Below, in pieces: positions 12,275-27,200 of a stretch of 35,095 bases of DNA. The notes under the pieces are model-generated. The model did no database searches and had not been told where the DNA came from. It worked only from the letters and a program-made list of their open reading frames with translations. This stretch comes from Kipferlia bialata (Eukaryota), in contig BDIP01000026.1 of NCBI GenBank assembly GCA_003568945.1, positions 7,752 to 42,846 on the forward strand, read 5' to 3'. The position numbers were made by a program, and so were the translations under genes. Position 1 is the first letter of the stretch; each line of letters starts with the position of its first letter.

Positions 12275-15200
12275 ACTCTCTTCTATCTAATGTAAAGGAC
12301 GCCGGGGCCAACTTGGAGGCCCCTCGGTCTCTTATTCCTCTTATATATATATGTATATATTAGTATTCATACGTTATAGTCTTATCCGTTAGGATGCCGG
12401 TGCCACCTGGATGACCCGTGATCCAGTGGCATGGGGGGCTGTACTGCTATTACCAGGGACATACCAGCTGGAACTGAGGTATTCGGCATTCACCCTCTGT
12501 TTTGTTGGAGTTGAGTAATGTAGGAATTACATCCGCATGATAGTGCGTTCTCATAATCCACACTGTTGCTGATACAAAGTGTGGCACCCTAATAGGAACT
12601 ACTGACATCAATAACTATATTGGTGTTCTATTTATATAGAAGTGTCACTATTTACCTACAGGTTCGGAGGCGTTCTCATGGGCACTGCCGCCCTGTTCCT
12701 CGTGGCCCCACCCCACGAGGCCAGTTGCAGCATATCCACTGCCAACACAGTGGCACACGCTGCTGGGGAGGCGCTTGTCATTGAGGTAAATGATGCATAC
12801 ATGGTGTTGTTGAGTACATAGTGGGGTACATACTCCATTTCCATTGCCAATACAGTGGCACACGCAGCTGGGGAGACACTGGTGATTGAGGTATGGGATG
12901 CATATGTGTATACTGTTGAGAGTCCAATTCACTACTAGGTCAGCACATACTCTTATAGTAATTTTCTGATCCAACCTCACCCCAGGCCACTCTCATGGAT
13001 GTCTATGGAGATCAAGGAGGGCCAGGTACTTATACACCGTCCTGTGACTATCCATTTTCCTATTTCTGTATTTGTAGAGTCTCACCTCCAGGGGCCCTGT
13101 GGGTTGTCAACCTGGTCATCCCCACATACACTGGGTCAGAGTCAGTGGCCATGTCCTATGTGTCAGGTATACATCAACGTCACTATGTTACGTAGGTCTA
13201 TCCCGTACAACAATATATTTTCGTGATACCATAGAAGAAAGGTATACTCGTATGTAGTTACTCCGTAGCCTTACTCCCAGGCTCCACTTGGCAGACTGGT
13301 GACCTGGCCAGTGCCCTCACTGCTGTGGGTAGTTACGACATGTACTTGGAGGTATATACAGTACACTATATGTACTCTATTAGTACTGATACTGATACTA
13401 CCGTGTGTAGTCCTATATTCTATGAATTCTCCTAATGATCAGGCCGATGGCACCGCATACACAGGCACCACCGAGACACTGACAGTGGTTGCCGGGACAG
13501 CCTATACAGATGCATCTAACCTGGAGGCATACTCATACCTGGTACGCGACTCTCTTCCCTTCCTTCAACATATTGTTATCGTGTAGATATATTTGAGTCT
13601 GACCTTCAGACAGACCTAGGTGACCAAGTGGCTGGTGTCGCCATACCCTTCAGTGCCCATGTACTAGATGCATACAGTAACACTGTTGTGTCAGACACAA
13701 CAGTGAAGGTGCTGGTCACCGATGGGCCTTCACTAGTAGGTACACAATGTCACATATTTGATATACCACAGCCAGTTAGGTTCATCGTAAGAAGTTGACT
13801 AGCCCTCGTCGTCTGCACTGTAGGTATGTAATATCACTCTTACCACACAGATCAACACATAGCCCTTACCTGGGATGGCACAGTCTATGACCTACCCACG
13901 GTGCACTCAGAGATGGACGTGTTTGTGACGCCAGGTACTACATACGACACATTCCTGTATACCCACCATCACATGTGTATTGTCACGCATAGATGAACGT
14001 GTATGTTGCACCACGTACTTAGAACTGAGTTCACAATTACACCTCATATATACCTTCTCAATCCAGGCACCTACAGTGTCAAGCTAGAGGTCCAGGGTAC
14101 TATCCTCGATGACACACTGAGGACATTCACAGTGCTAGTGTACGTGTCATATATATATATATTGTCTTGGATGCTCAGCCATTAATCTCTACTACTCTTC
14201 TGACTCCATACATGGCATTGTCTAGTAGTGTGATTATTATGTATGTGTGATGTATGTATATCTGACCATCAGGGGCCCCTACTACTACGACATGACCATC
14301 ACCTTCACCCATGTCGTGACAAGTACAGCATATGTGTCATGTGATGCCAAGACCCTCTCTGCCAATGTCAGAGACATGTGTGGGAATGGTACGTCTCCTG
14401 TATATCTATGATGTGGTATATGCACACTTACCCCAGGTATTGACGACGCTGAGGTGTCCCTGAGTATCCAGTCTGCACCTGCCCTCTATGATGGAGCAAC
14501 TGGTCCATACACTCTGACACACACAGAGGGTGTAGATGCTGATGGTCTGTACACGCATGAAGTGGCATCAGTATATGACTTTGATGAGGTAATACACTTT
14601 ATACTGTATCGCCTATACTATCCGACGTGTCAACTATGTGGAGCACTAACTTCAGATAGGCACCTACACTGTGATGCTCACCATTGGAGGCGTGGATGTA
14701 GGGACAGCTGACCTCACAGTGACACAGAGCGAGTACTCAGGTGTGATATTTCAATGCAAATAGGGCATATACGCTAGTGTGGTATTCAATGTATGGTAAT
14801 TGCCCCTGCCTCACCCTCAGTGGCCCACTCCACCATCATCTGCAACTGTCCGAACGTGGCTGGGTCTGTCGATGACCTGTCTGTGGATCTACGCGATGCC
14901 TGTAACTACGCGATTCCAGATGGTCGATATACTGTTGGCCTCAACATCAAGGACTCTGACGGTGTTCTTGTCCTGGCCCAGCCCTGTCAGTACGATACTG
15001 GTGTATACGTACCAGCCACACCTATTACACTCACAGAGTCTGGTGATTACACGGCTACAGTCACTATTGGCGGTACCCCAGAGGAGGGCATTGTCGATAC
15101 TGTCACCATCACCACCGGTCCTGCAGTAGATGGCGCTGCATGCTACATAGACTCCTATGGAGAGATGGAGCAGATAGCTGGGGCAGACATCGAGCTTGTG

Positions 15201-18200
15201 GCTACCCTCCATGATGCGTATGGCAATCCCATCGTCACAGATGTCGTGACGATAGAGGTTGTCTCCTCTCCCACTGGTGAGACCATGTCGATAGCCATGT
15301 ACTATTTTGGGAGTGGGGACTATCAGACTGTAGATGGCCCCACTGCCACTGGTGCTCTACTGTCTAAGGCAGGGGACTACACACTTAGACTCAAGGCTGC
15401 TGGGGTGGAGCTACTCACCACTGATGTCGTGCTGCCAGTGGTTAGTGCCCCTGCCTCTGTCGTTGACTCTGGTGACCACACACACGTAGTCACACATAGT
15501 GACATTGTGGCTGGTACCACTGCCACTCTATCAGCTGTGGTAGAGGATGCATATGGGAACCACCTGTCCACTCCTGCTGTATATCTGTACATGGTATCTG
15601 GTGAGGCAGGTCCATTTGAGATGGTGTATGACACAGACGCATACTACACAGATCTCCCTCCCTCTCTGCTGATGGAGAGTAGAGACCTCGTGTTCTACCT
15701 GAAGCTTGACGCGGTAGAGTACACTGGCTACACGTACACGCAGGCTGTGGTACCTGCATGTGTTGATGCGGCCCACTCCTCTCTCGACGCTGTATCAGGG
15801 CATGTTGCATGTACAGCATTGACCCTCAGTGCCACACTAGGAGACATATACGGCAACCTCCTCACCATAGCCACAGATGTAGTGGTTACAGTGCTAACTG
15901 GACCCACAGCAGAGTATGTACCCACTGGTCCTTACACGCTCTCTTCCGCCGGTAGTGGTGTATTCTCCCTTGAGGTTGCCGACAATACCGACTTCGGAGA
16001 GGCTGGCTCTTACGACATATCCCTCTCTGTAGATGGAGGGTATATAGGTGTGGCCACTGTGGAGACTGTAGTCGGCACCTGTGGGAGCACTTTCAGCTCT
16101 ATCACTGCTACTGATGGTACTATCAGTCCAGGTGCTGATATTACAGTGGCAGCAGTAGTGGAGGATGCGTGTAGCAATGCTATTGTGAGTGGGTCCACTG
16201 TGGTTGTGTATGGATACGGACCAGACGCCGTTGACGTCCTCTATGCCACTCTAGCCTTCACCTATGACGCTGATTCTGGGACATACCTCCCTAACCATGC
16301 GGTATCAGTAACTGTGTCCGGCACATACACCCTAGTGCTGGAGGTGGATGGAGTTCTATACCCAGACATCAGTGAGACCATTGAGATTGGACACGATACA
16401 GCCGATGCCTCCAAGTGCTCTATCACTAGCACTGGAGATCTCTCTGCCCATGTAGCTGGTACCACCCTTCTACTGGAGGCTGAGGTGCTGGATCAGTACG
16501 ACAACCCTGTCACTACAGGAATAGTCACCCTAGAGATGACATCATACCCTATTGACTATAGTGGTGGTACCTCAGTAGCTATGGAGTGGACCAGCGGTGC
16601 TCTATACGACAACACAGCTGCCTCTGCAATAGTCGGTAGTGCACTGACTGTACCGGGTGACTATGTCTTTACTCTCGGCTACGAGGGGTCTAACCTTTCC
16701 ACAACTGCTACCGTTACTGTGGTGCCTAGTGCTGCTGCAGCTAATGGCACGGCAACATACTCTCACCTTGACACACCTGCCTCAGAGCTCGTGGCTGGGA
16801 CTCCTCTCACACTCACTGGCACTGTTCTCGACACATACCTCAACGAGATCACTAGTGGTACAGTTGTGGTCTCTGTGACTAACGGTCCTGTGGGTTATGC
16901 AGCTGCGGTACCAGGGTCACCCTATGCTATGACCTATGATGACATTAGTGAGTACTGGGAGGTTACCGTACCTGACACTGAGTTCCATACCACTGGTGCT
17001 TATACACTGGGACTGACTGTGGAGGGTATTGCACTATCCATACCGACATGTCCCCTCACCGTGGTGCATAGTGGTGTGTACAGTGATGGGACTCCATCAT
17101 TCACCCACATACCCGCTATCACCAACCACAGTGCCTGCCAGGAGGTCACTATCTCTGCTACACTACTGGACCAGTATGGTAACTCGATAGAGGATGCCAG
17201 TACCGTAGAGGTGGATGTCACGTCTAGTCCCGACGGCTATACATTTGATAGTGTTATGTACACACTAGTCCATGACAGTGGTGGACTGTACAGTCACACT
17301 CTGGCTGACACCACCCACTTTGGAGTTGTGGGGGCATACACTCTGACCCTTACTGTGGACTCGGTACAAGTGCCTCTGGTGTCTGGTAGTGTCACCACAG
17401 TACCTGGCTCCTTGTCACCGAGTGACAGTACTCTCACACTGCCAAGTGGCACTATCAACCCAGACAATGCTGTGACACTCACTGCCACCTTGCTGGATGC
17501 ATGTGGTAACAATCTTGACGAGGCTGTCGTAGCAGTAGTCATTACTGATACAGACGGTGCCACTGTATCCACCCATGCCACAACATATAGTGCAGGGACT
17601 AGTGTATACACATCCACTGACCCAGTTGTGGTATCTGCGACTGGAGACTATACAGCCACCCTCAGTGTAGACACTGTCCTGGTTGATATATCCCAGGCAT
17701 TCTCAGTTGGACATGGGGCTGCCCTCGACACTGCATGCTCCATCACCACAACTGGACTCTCTGATCACGTGGCTGGCACTGACCTTGTGCTGTCAGCGAC
17801 TGTCACTGATCAGTATGGCAACCCAGTGACCACAGATACAGTGAGTATCGACATCATTGGGGACATACCTACTGGCTATAGTGGAGCTACCTCCTTCACA
17901 CTGGCTGCACCTGTCGGTAACCTACACACTGCTGTCACCTCTTCTGCTGACCTCGGTGCCCTACTCACTGTGGCCGGTGCCTACACGTTACAGCTGACCG
18001 TGGAATCTGTCCCAATGCCATCTGCCGAGACTACTCTGACTGTAATACCTGCAGGGGCATATGCTCACGGCACCACTACCTACACCCACATTATCGAGCA
18101 GAGTGACATCAGTGCTGGTGAGGCTGTCACTCTTGGCGCCATTGTGTGTGATGTGTATGGCAATGCTGTCACTCTCCAGATCGTCCATGTTGAGGTCGAG

Positions 18201-21200
18201 ACTGGACCGGTAGGCTTTGCTGCTCCCACCCTATATGAGCTTGCCTACAGCTCCGATGACAGTAGATACACAGCAACCCTGGCTGCTGACGTGTTTGTTG
18301 CTACCGGATCCTACACGATGAGTCTGACCGTAGACGGTGCCACTCTGTTGAACACTGGGTCATCCTTCACTGTGGTGCCTGCTGCTATCTACAGTGATGG
18401 TACAGATACATACACGCACCTGGTCTCCATACCAGACCACCAGGCCTGTACAACTGTGAGTCTAGAGGCGCATGTCACAGATGCATACTCTAACCCGATC
18501 TCAACAGCCACTGATGTCACTGTGACCGTCACCGCTGCCCCTGACGGTTACACGATAACGGATACCTACACTCTAGTGTATGTGTCTGGTAGTGAGTACT
18601 CCTATGAGATCCTGGACACTTCTCACTTCGGAGTGGAGGGTGAGTACGCCTTGACCCTCTCTGTCGGAGACCCTGCCGTAAACTACGCGACTGCTACCCT
18701 ATCGTCTGTCCAGGCCGGGTTTGATGCCTCTGCTAGCTATATCACTGGACCTGGGAGCACCCAGAACCCAGATGATACCGCTGACATTAGAATCACTCTA
18801 GCAGATGCCTGTGGTAACCTCATCACCCATGGACACTCTGTTGAGATGAATATCTACGCGTGTACCGACCTTGCCACCCCACTGGACACGCCTACCTTCA
18901 GCTACGATAGTGATGTTCAGTGCTACAGACCAACTAGTGACCTGTACATCACTGCGTCTGGGTACTATGTACTGAGGCTAGTGCTAGACACAGTTGAGGA
19001 GGCGGTACTGTCCTATCTCAATGTGGGGCATGGAGCCGCAGATGAGGCACTGTGTACTCTCACTGTGGCAGGGAGTTCGTCTCACGTGGCTGGCACTGAG
19101 TTGGACGTTTCGTCCACTCTACGCGATCAGTACAGCAATGCAGTGACCACGGGTCCTGTGACTATGAAGGTCTTGTCTGGACCGAGTGGGCACAGCGGGG
19201 CCACGCAGTTCTCCATGAACCACACCGCTGCTGGTGTGTATACCCCTGCCCTACCAGCTGCTGATATCGGCGCTACCTTCACGGTGGTCGGTACATATGC
19301 CCTTGCCCTTGTTGCTGACGGAGATATACTCTATGAGACAGGGATCGACCTTGTTATTGTGAATGCACCCGCCTATGCAGATGGGACTACAACATACACC
19401 CACCCTGATCTCTTGCCAGACATAGTGGCAGGCAGTGCATTCTCAGTCACTGCACCCGTCTACGATGTTTACGGCAACACCATATCCGATCAGGATCTAG
19501 AGATAGAGGTCACTTCAGGTCCTGGTGGTATTGCACTGCCAGGTCCATTTGTGATGACATTCGATGTTACTCGGTACCGTTGCAATATCGAATCGGGAGT
19601 ATTCACTATTGCTGGAGACTATACTCTCCAGATGGTGGTTGAGGGTGTATCCCTGACTGATACAGAGTTTGATCTGACTGTGGTCTCTAGTGATGTCTAC
19701 TCGGACGGCACTGACACCTACTCCCGTGTAGTGGATGTGACTGATCACTCTGCGTGCTCTACCACAACACTAGATGTGGTGTTGACAGACCAGTATGTCA
19801 ATGTAGTCACTAGTGCGTCAGGTGTAGTAATGAGGATAGCCAGCGATGCTGTCTCCTACCCTAATGGCTATACCTATGCCAGTGCAGAGTACTACCTCCA
19901 CCATATCGCTGATGGTGCATATACCTACACGGTCCCAACACCTGCACACTTCGGTCTCGTTGGGGAGTACACACTAACACTGGATGTTGGTGGAGTAACT
20001 GATGTTGCTATCGGTACTGTCACCACTGTTGCATCAGCCTATGATGCTGATTTCACCTCAATGTCTCTCCTGACTCCCACTGTTGATCCTGAGACACCTG
20101 TGGAGGTAAGAGTGGAGATCGCTGACTCCTGTGGGAACCCTCTATCCTCTGGATACACAGTGTCTCTGATAGTGACTGATGCTACTGGAGCAGAGGTGTC
20201 CCATGATCTTGTGTATGATACAGAGGCCTCATTATACACACCAGCCACACCCGTGCTACTCACAGCGGTGGGTGTCTACCCATTATCCCCTGTTGTGGAT
20301 GGTATTGTAGTACCTGGTGTCAGTGAGTCTGTGACAGTGCGACATGGGGTGGCAGACACCCTGTACAGCACTATAACAGGACCATCTCTCTCTGCACACA
20401 CGGCTGGTACTCCACTAGAGATTGCAGCCACTGTGAGAGACATGTACAATAACGATGTGACCAATGGAGTGGTCTCTATCGAGGTGACAAACGGGGACTC
20501 GTCACAGACAATTGGGATGACATACACAAGCGCTGGAGTGTACACAACGGTGGACTCTGCCGCTGATCTCGGGTCGGACTTCGTTGTTGCCGGGACATAT
20601 ACCATCGAGCTGATTACTGCAGCTACTGGTGTTGTCTCTGGTTGCACAGAGGACCTTGTTGTGGTGGCAGCTTCTCCATATGCTGACTCTACTTCATCTT
20701 ACTCCCACATTTTGGAGAGAGAGGCTGTTGTCGGAGGGGAGGCCTTCACTGTCACTGCCATCCTACGCGATGGGTACGGGAATGATGTCATTGAGACCAC
20801 TGTAGCAGTTGGTGTTGCAGAGGATGCTGATGGATATACCCCATCTGGTGCTCCTTACCCAATGGTGTACACAGATGGTCGGTTCCAGGCTGATATTGGA
20901 TCCATGCAATTCACATTAGCAGGACAGTACTCTATCTACCTTGTGGTGCTAGGCCAGACTCTGCCTGGTACTACTCTCAATCTTGATATCGTACCTGGAG
21001 ATGTGAGTGCCGCCACTACTACTCTTGAGAGTATTGTCCACCACGTGGCCTGCACACCTACCACACTATCGGCTACAGTCCAAGATGTGTTTGGAAACGT
21101 GATTGATGACTGTTCATCAGTTGTCGTTAGTGTCACATCCTCACCCGATCCTGACACTGCGTTACCGTCATACACTCTCACCCACTCTAGTGGTGGTGTG

Positions 21201-24200
21201 TACACATACACTGTGTCGGACCACACTCACTTTGGAGTGGTAGGCACCTACTCCCTATCACTTAGTGTTGATGGTACTCTTGGTGTTGTTAATGCCATAC
21301 TGAGTACCATTGTGAGTACCTATGCATCGGACTTCAGCACAGTGTCAGTCAGCAGTGGTATCCTGAACCCTGCAGATCCCATTCCGGTATCTGCCGCCAT
21401 CGCTGATACATGTGGTAACATGCTATCCTCTGGCTATACTCTCAGTGTCAATGTGTACGACAGCGCGGGGTCTTTGGCTACTACTGCAGAGCTCTATAAC
21501 GATGGCGACTCCTACGTCCCGGTGGAGGATATGTATCTCACTTCATCAGGTTCTTACAGGATGTACCTAGTTGTTGACGGTAGTGAGGACACCTCCATCA
21601 GTGCCAGCTGCATAGTGGGTAGTGGCACTACCTCCGGAGACAACTGCGCCATCCAGTCGGACTCACTCTCTGCACACGTAGCTGGGTCGCCTCTGTCTCT
21701 CTCGGCTACACTGTTAGACGAGTTTGATAATCCCTTGATCACTGGAGGAGCCTGTGTCGCAGTCACGTCATATCCGTCAGGTTTCTCCGGGCCATTGTCA
21801 CTTGACCTGGAGTACAGTGGAGATGGGTCACTCTATGAGAGTGCTCTATCGTCCACTGACATCGGTTCGGCCATTTGTGTTGCTGGTGACTATACCCTAG
21901 TGTTAGAGATTGATGGGACACAGCTACCCTTATCAACTGTCACTCTGACAGTGATACACAGTGTTGCGGCAGCAACAGCCGACGGTAACCTCACCTATAT
22001 TGAGAGCTATGGGTCCTTTGTGGCTGGGGTAGCAGACACACTATCGGTTGTGGTAAGGGACATGTATGGTAACAGTGTCGTATCAGATGACGTGGCTATT
22101 CAGGTCACAGGACCTACTGGTACATCGTACACCAGTCCCGGTACATATGACGCCGATTCAGATACCTACACGGTACCCACTGTACCGTCGTACATGCGCT
22201 CTGTCGGTACCTATTCAGCAGTCGTGATGGTGAACGAGGTTGTATTGACTGAGACATCGACTGACCTCACCGTCGTTGCAGGCACCGCATACGGCAATGG
22301 CTCCAGTGACTTTAGCTACATACCCTCCTACACACACCCTGTACTGGAGGTACTAAACCTCGGTGCTACAGTACTTGACAGATACGCCAACCCTATCACC
22401 AACGCCTCTGTCACTGTCGGTGTGACTGAGTATCCTGAGGGGTATGAGGGCGCTGTTGTCTTGCCTCTCTCCCATGTTGCTGGTGGTGAATACACTGGCA
22501 CTGCACCTGCTTCTGACTTTGCTACAGTGGGAGAGTACACTATCACCCTTTCTGTCAATGGGGTAGTGGTTGGTACTGCTGAGGTCCATGTACACGCAAC
22601 TGCAGTCCTTGGACTAACTGCGTTCTACACAGACAGCCTTCTGGCTACTGTTGGATGCAGTCAGCTCGAGGTCACCCCACAGTATGCAGTGGGATCTGGT
22701 GCATGTGCAGGAGGTCTAAGCATATACCAGAACGGCACAGTAGTTAGTACTGCTGAGTGTGTGGACAGATCGTACACGGTTGATGTTTGTGCTCCGACTG
22801 ACTCCACATACTCTGTGGTTACTGCGCAGCTCTCAGACGATACCGTCATGTCCCTAATCTACACTGTTGCTGAGACAAGCACGTCATGTAGCTGTGGAGA
22901 TCATGGAGAGTGTCTCTCCTACTCGGACGATGCATCCCAGTGCGAGTGCCACCCAGGTATGTCAGTCTCTGATTCTACACGATACATACTAATCTACACG
23001 CTATATGGATGCTTCTTGCTGACACCTAGGTTGGGATGGACGTGAGTGCAGTATCCCAGACACCGAGTCCCAATTTGGATTCCCCCTCACTCCTACTGTG
23101 ATGTCACTTGATAGAGAGGATCCTCTTCTCCTAGAGGCCATACAGATATCGTCTCTCCTACCGATAGTTCCTAACCCTGTCTATGATGAGGCTACAGTTA
23201 CAAGGACCTGGTCTGGAGATCTACTCGAGGAAGTCCGATGGGATATGGCAACCATATCTGTCCCAGACTCTGCAACTATAGTAGTGTCTGACATGCCTGA
23301 TGATGTGAATGACCATGTGCGGTACTCGGGTTCTGGCACCACCATCTCCGTCCAAGCATCCCATGGCTACCTGCCATACGCTCTCAGATACGTCAGCTTC
23401 ACTGTGCCAACTATAGAGCCTGCTGATGCTCCAATGACTCTGGCACTGAGCATCACTCTGTCCACAGCCTACCAGCAGTTCACCACCTACGACACTGATC
23501 CCGATATCCCAATCTACTTCACTACTGTCGGGTACCGGTCCAAGTATATCATAGTCACCCATACTGCCCCTCTGGATATGGGCAGTACGGTTGTATATGC
23601 ACCTGGTACACTCTGGGTGGAGTCACCTGGGGTGGTCAACGTGTTCCTCTTTGACTCTTACGGAGTGGCTGTCACAGAGCCCATCACGGGAGATGTCACC
23701 ATTGACGTTGGCAGTGAGTGCCAGGTAGAGAGTGCAGTCTTCTCGCAGGTGGATGGTAACCACTACACGATCATTGTGACACCCGGGCATGTGTGTTCTG
23801 ATGCGGTATTGGGTCTCAGTGTAGATGGTATCCAGATTGCTTCCACAGTGCTCTCAGTCACCAGCAGAGAGTACGATAGTGCTCTGATATCCGCTGGCCC
23901 CTTAGCTGTGTTTGCGGATGAGTCTATAGCTGTGTCTGCTACTCTGTTGGACTCAGTGGGTGACCCTATATTCCCAGACTCTGCTGTTGTTGTAGCCTGT
24001 CTGGGCTCTGACACCGAGTACTGTGTGGCCCCAGAAGCAGGTGATAGTAACTACAGCGCTGAGATATGGGTGAAGGATGCCTCTCTTAGTTGTGTATGGG
24101 GTGCAGTGGTGGCAGAGCCCCTTACAGTGAGTGTGAATGGGAAGGTTGAGTACACCTCTTATGTAACTGTGCTCCAGCCCCCTCTACCTAGTGAGTCCGA

Positions 24201-27200
24201 CCTAGTCTGTGATGGGGATGGAGAGAGGGCCTTCTACCAGCATCTGTACACACTCACTGATGGTGTACGTACCCCAGTTCAGCTCGATGCCTGCATTGCC
24301 ACCTCAGTCGGTGGTATCACACGTCCAGTCACTGACTTTGTCCTGTCGAGTGAGGGCAGTCTCTATCCTACACGGTTTGCAACTGGGTTGGATACGAGCT
24401 CTGACATCTCCTCGGTGACACTGTCGTGTGAGGGGACTCTGTCCCTCGAAGCTAGAGAGGACACAGTGACTGTTGAGCAAGACACTACCCACACCATAAC
24501 TCTCACTGGTCCTGCAGGGGATGTCCAGTCTCTGAGTTACGCGGTTGCGTACACACCCTCGGGAGAGGTGTCGTCCGATATTATATCTGTCTCTTACAGC
24601 AATGGCAGTGCCGTAGATATTGATATCACAGTTGTCCCCCAGGCACCCGCTGTTGACTCCTCACACTCCATGCTAGAGGTACCTGAGAGTGTTCAGAGTG
24701 GTTCACCGTTCGATGTCACTCTATCCCTCTTGTCACAGGATGGTATTCTGATTGGCATGCCGTCCTGGTATATTGTCGCTATACAAGCAGCTGGGGTTCC
24801 TATGGAGGTGACGTACAGCTCTGAGAATGCTGTGTACACGACCACACTGACACTCACTGACGCCGTGTCTACTATCATTACCGCAGAGATATGTAGTGTA
24901 CTTGACCCCAGCTCTGAGTGCGTGGTACTCACAGAGACTGTTACTGTAGAGTCTGGGTCCCCCTCTCCAGACACATCTCTTGTCTGGCTGAGTACATATG
25001 AGGCTGGTCCTTCAGAGGATATTACAGTGTATGTGCAGCTACGAGACGAGTTCCACAACAACCTCCAGATTGTGGTGGACGTGAGAGTGACCTCACCAGA
25101 AACTGTTAGCTTGTCACTGAACGAGTCTGGTGTCTATGAGGCCGCTATCACATCCACAAGTACTGAGGGAGTGACAGTGCCTGTTACTGTTGAGATTGAG
25201 GGTGTGGCTCTCTCTCCAGTGTACTTTAGAGTGTTTGAACTGGCAGACACCTGTGGCACCCAGTGCAATAGTGGTATATGTGTGCTAGAGTCTGGTGAGA
25301 CTGTATGCATGTGTCCAGCACAGTACTTTGACCCATACTGCCGCTATGAGTTCTCTGGTGCCTCCTTAGGCATCAGTAACCTACTTGGATCCGAGGTCGT
25401 CCTGGCCTCTGATGCAGTGTTACATCCATTCCTGGATCTCCCAATTACACTATCAGTGTCTGTTGATACGCTAGCGTCTGAGCTGACCACCGTTGTGGTG
25501 TCGTCAGCCTATGATGCCAGTGTGTCAATAGCAGATCCCACTCCAGGGCTCGTATCAGCTGTTGAGACCTCAGATGGTCTGTCCGTATCTGCCGAGTTAC
25601 GCGATATAGCATATGTGGCCGTTGCTCTTGAGTACACTGCCCCCCGTGTATTCCAGGACATATATGATGTCGTTGACCTGTCTCTACTCGATGCATCAGG
25701 GACCGTTCTCGACTATGCCCGTGTGATTGTACATGTCACTCCCAGTGTTGCTGAGAGCCTTAGTGGCTACACGATGGATCTTCCTGACATATCTGCAGGA
25801 GAGACTCTATCTGGCACTGTGTCAGTCCTGGACGAGAACGGACTCGGCTCTTATAGTGACTCAATCTCTGTGTCCTGTATCCACAGTGCTGCACCTGCCA
25901 CTATCATTCCACTACTGTGTGCCTTCGCTGATGATACTGCTAGCTACATGATAACTGGGGACGTCATGACTGAGACTGGAGATGTCCAGTGTACTCTGGT
26001 TGTTGATGAGTCTATACTGGGATCTGAGCAGTTGGAGGTAGCACCTGGTTCATCATATAGCATCGAGATGGAACCAGTTGCACTTGTAACACTTGGGACT
26101 ACGGTATCTATCTCCGCATATGTACTTGACGTGTACGGTAACGTGATACCAGCCGATGATGACATGGAACTCACCCTGGATGGAGATACAGAGTTCGAGT
26201 ATAGTACCACAACAGCCGGGGACGTGTACACCCTGTCACTCACTGTCACCGCACACCCCACCACTGCCGTAAAGTACAGTCCCCTAACCCTCACACTCTC
26301 TCTCCCAGACTCTGAGGTTACGACATCAAGCTATCTCATAGTATATGATCTCGCTGACGAGAGTGTATGGAACACATGTTCGGGTGATGTAGTTGGTAGA
26401 GTGTCACCCGATGGCACTACTAATGTATGTGTGGGAACCACAGTTGGATTGTTCGACTTCCCAATTGTTTGTGACCAGTTCCCAGAGTCTCGGGTGCTGA
26501 TGCCCAACCAGCAGGTGTACCCTACTAGGAGCACTGCTCTATGGTTGGACGACGGATACGACGCTGCTACAGAGGTGGTACTCTCTCTCAGCGCTTTCAT
26601 GGGTTCCTTCACCCTTCACTCAGATTCAAGTGACAGTGTTGCTGTGGATACTGGATCCTCAAGAATCACCCTAACAGGACCCGCGTCCACAGTACTGGAG
26701 TTGGCCCATAATATTGTCTTCACACCACTTACCACATCCTCCTACCCCTCCTTCGACACTATCTCCCTCTCTCTCGGATACCCAGAGGGTGGTGTCGTGT
26801 GGTCATTGTCGAGCAGCTATGCCACGCGTCTCTATGGTGATGTCACTGTCTCTGGTGCTGCTTCTATACTGCAGCCGTTGGTAGTGGCTAGCAACGTCTG
26901 CACCACTGACAACTCCTCTAGGGATCTATCTATCTCCATAGACCCTATGGAAGGAGTGGACAGTGTGCACATATGGGCAGCTGTCGTCGCTACAGGGGGT
27001 GCAGACGTGTCACTCTCTTTATCTGCAGCTCACAGCGTATATGAGTCTGATGGGTCTGCTGATGTCTCCCTTGTACTAGACTCAGATGGTGCCTCCGATA
27101 TATCTGCCAGTATCGCGTACACTTTGCCTTGTGACACGGACCCTGTGGGTCAGGGTGCCACTGTGTATGTGTGTGCATGTGATGAGAGTGCACTGTCTAC

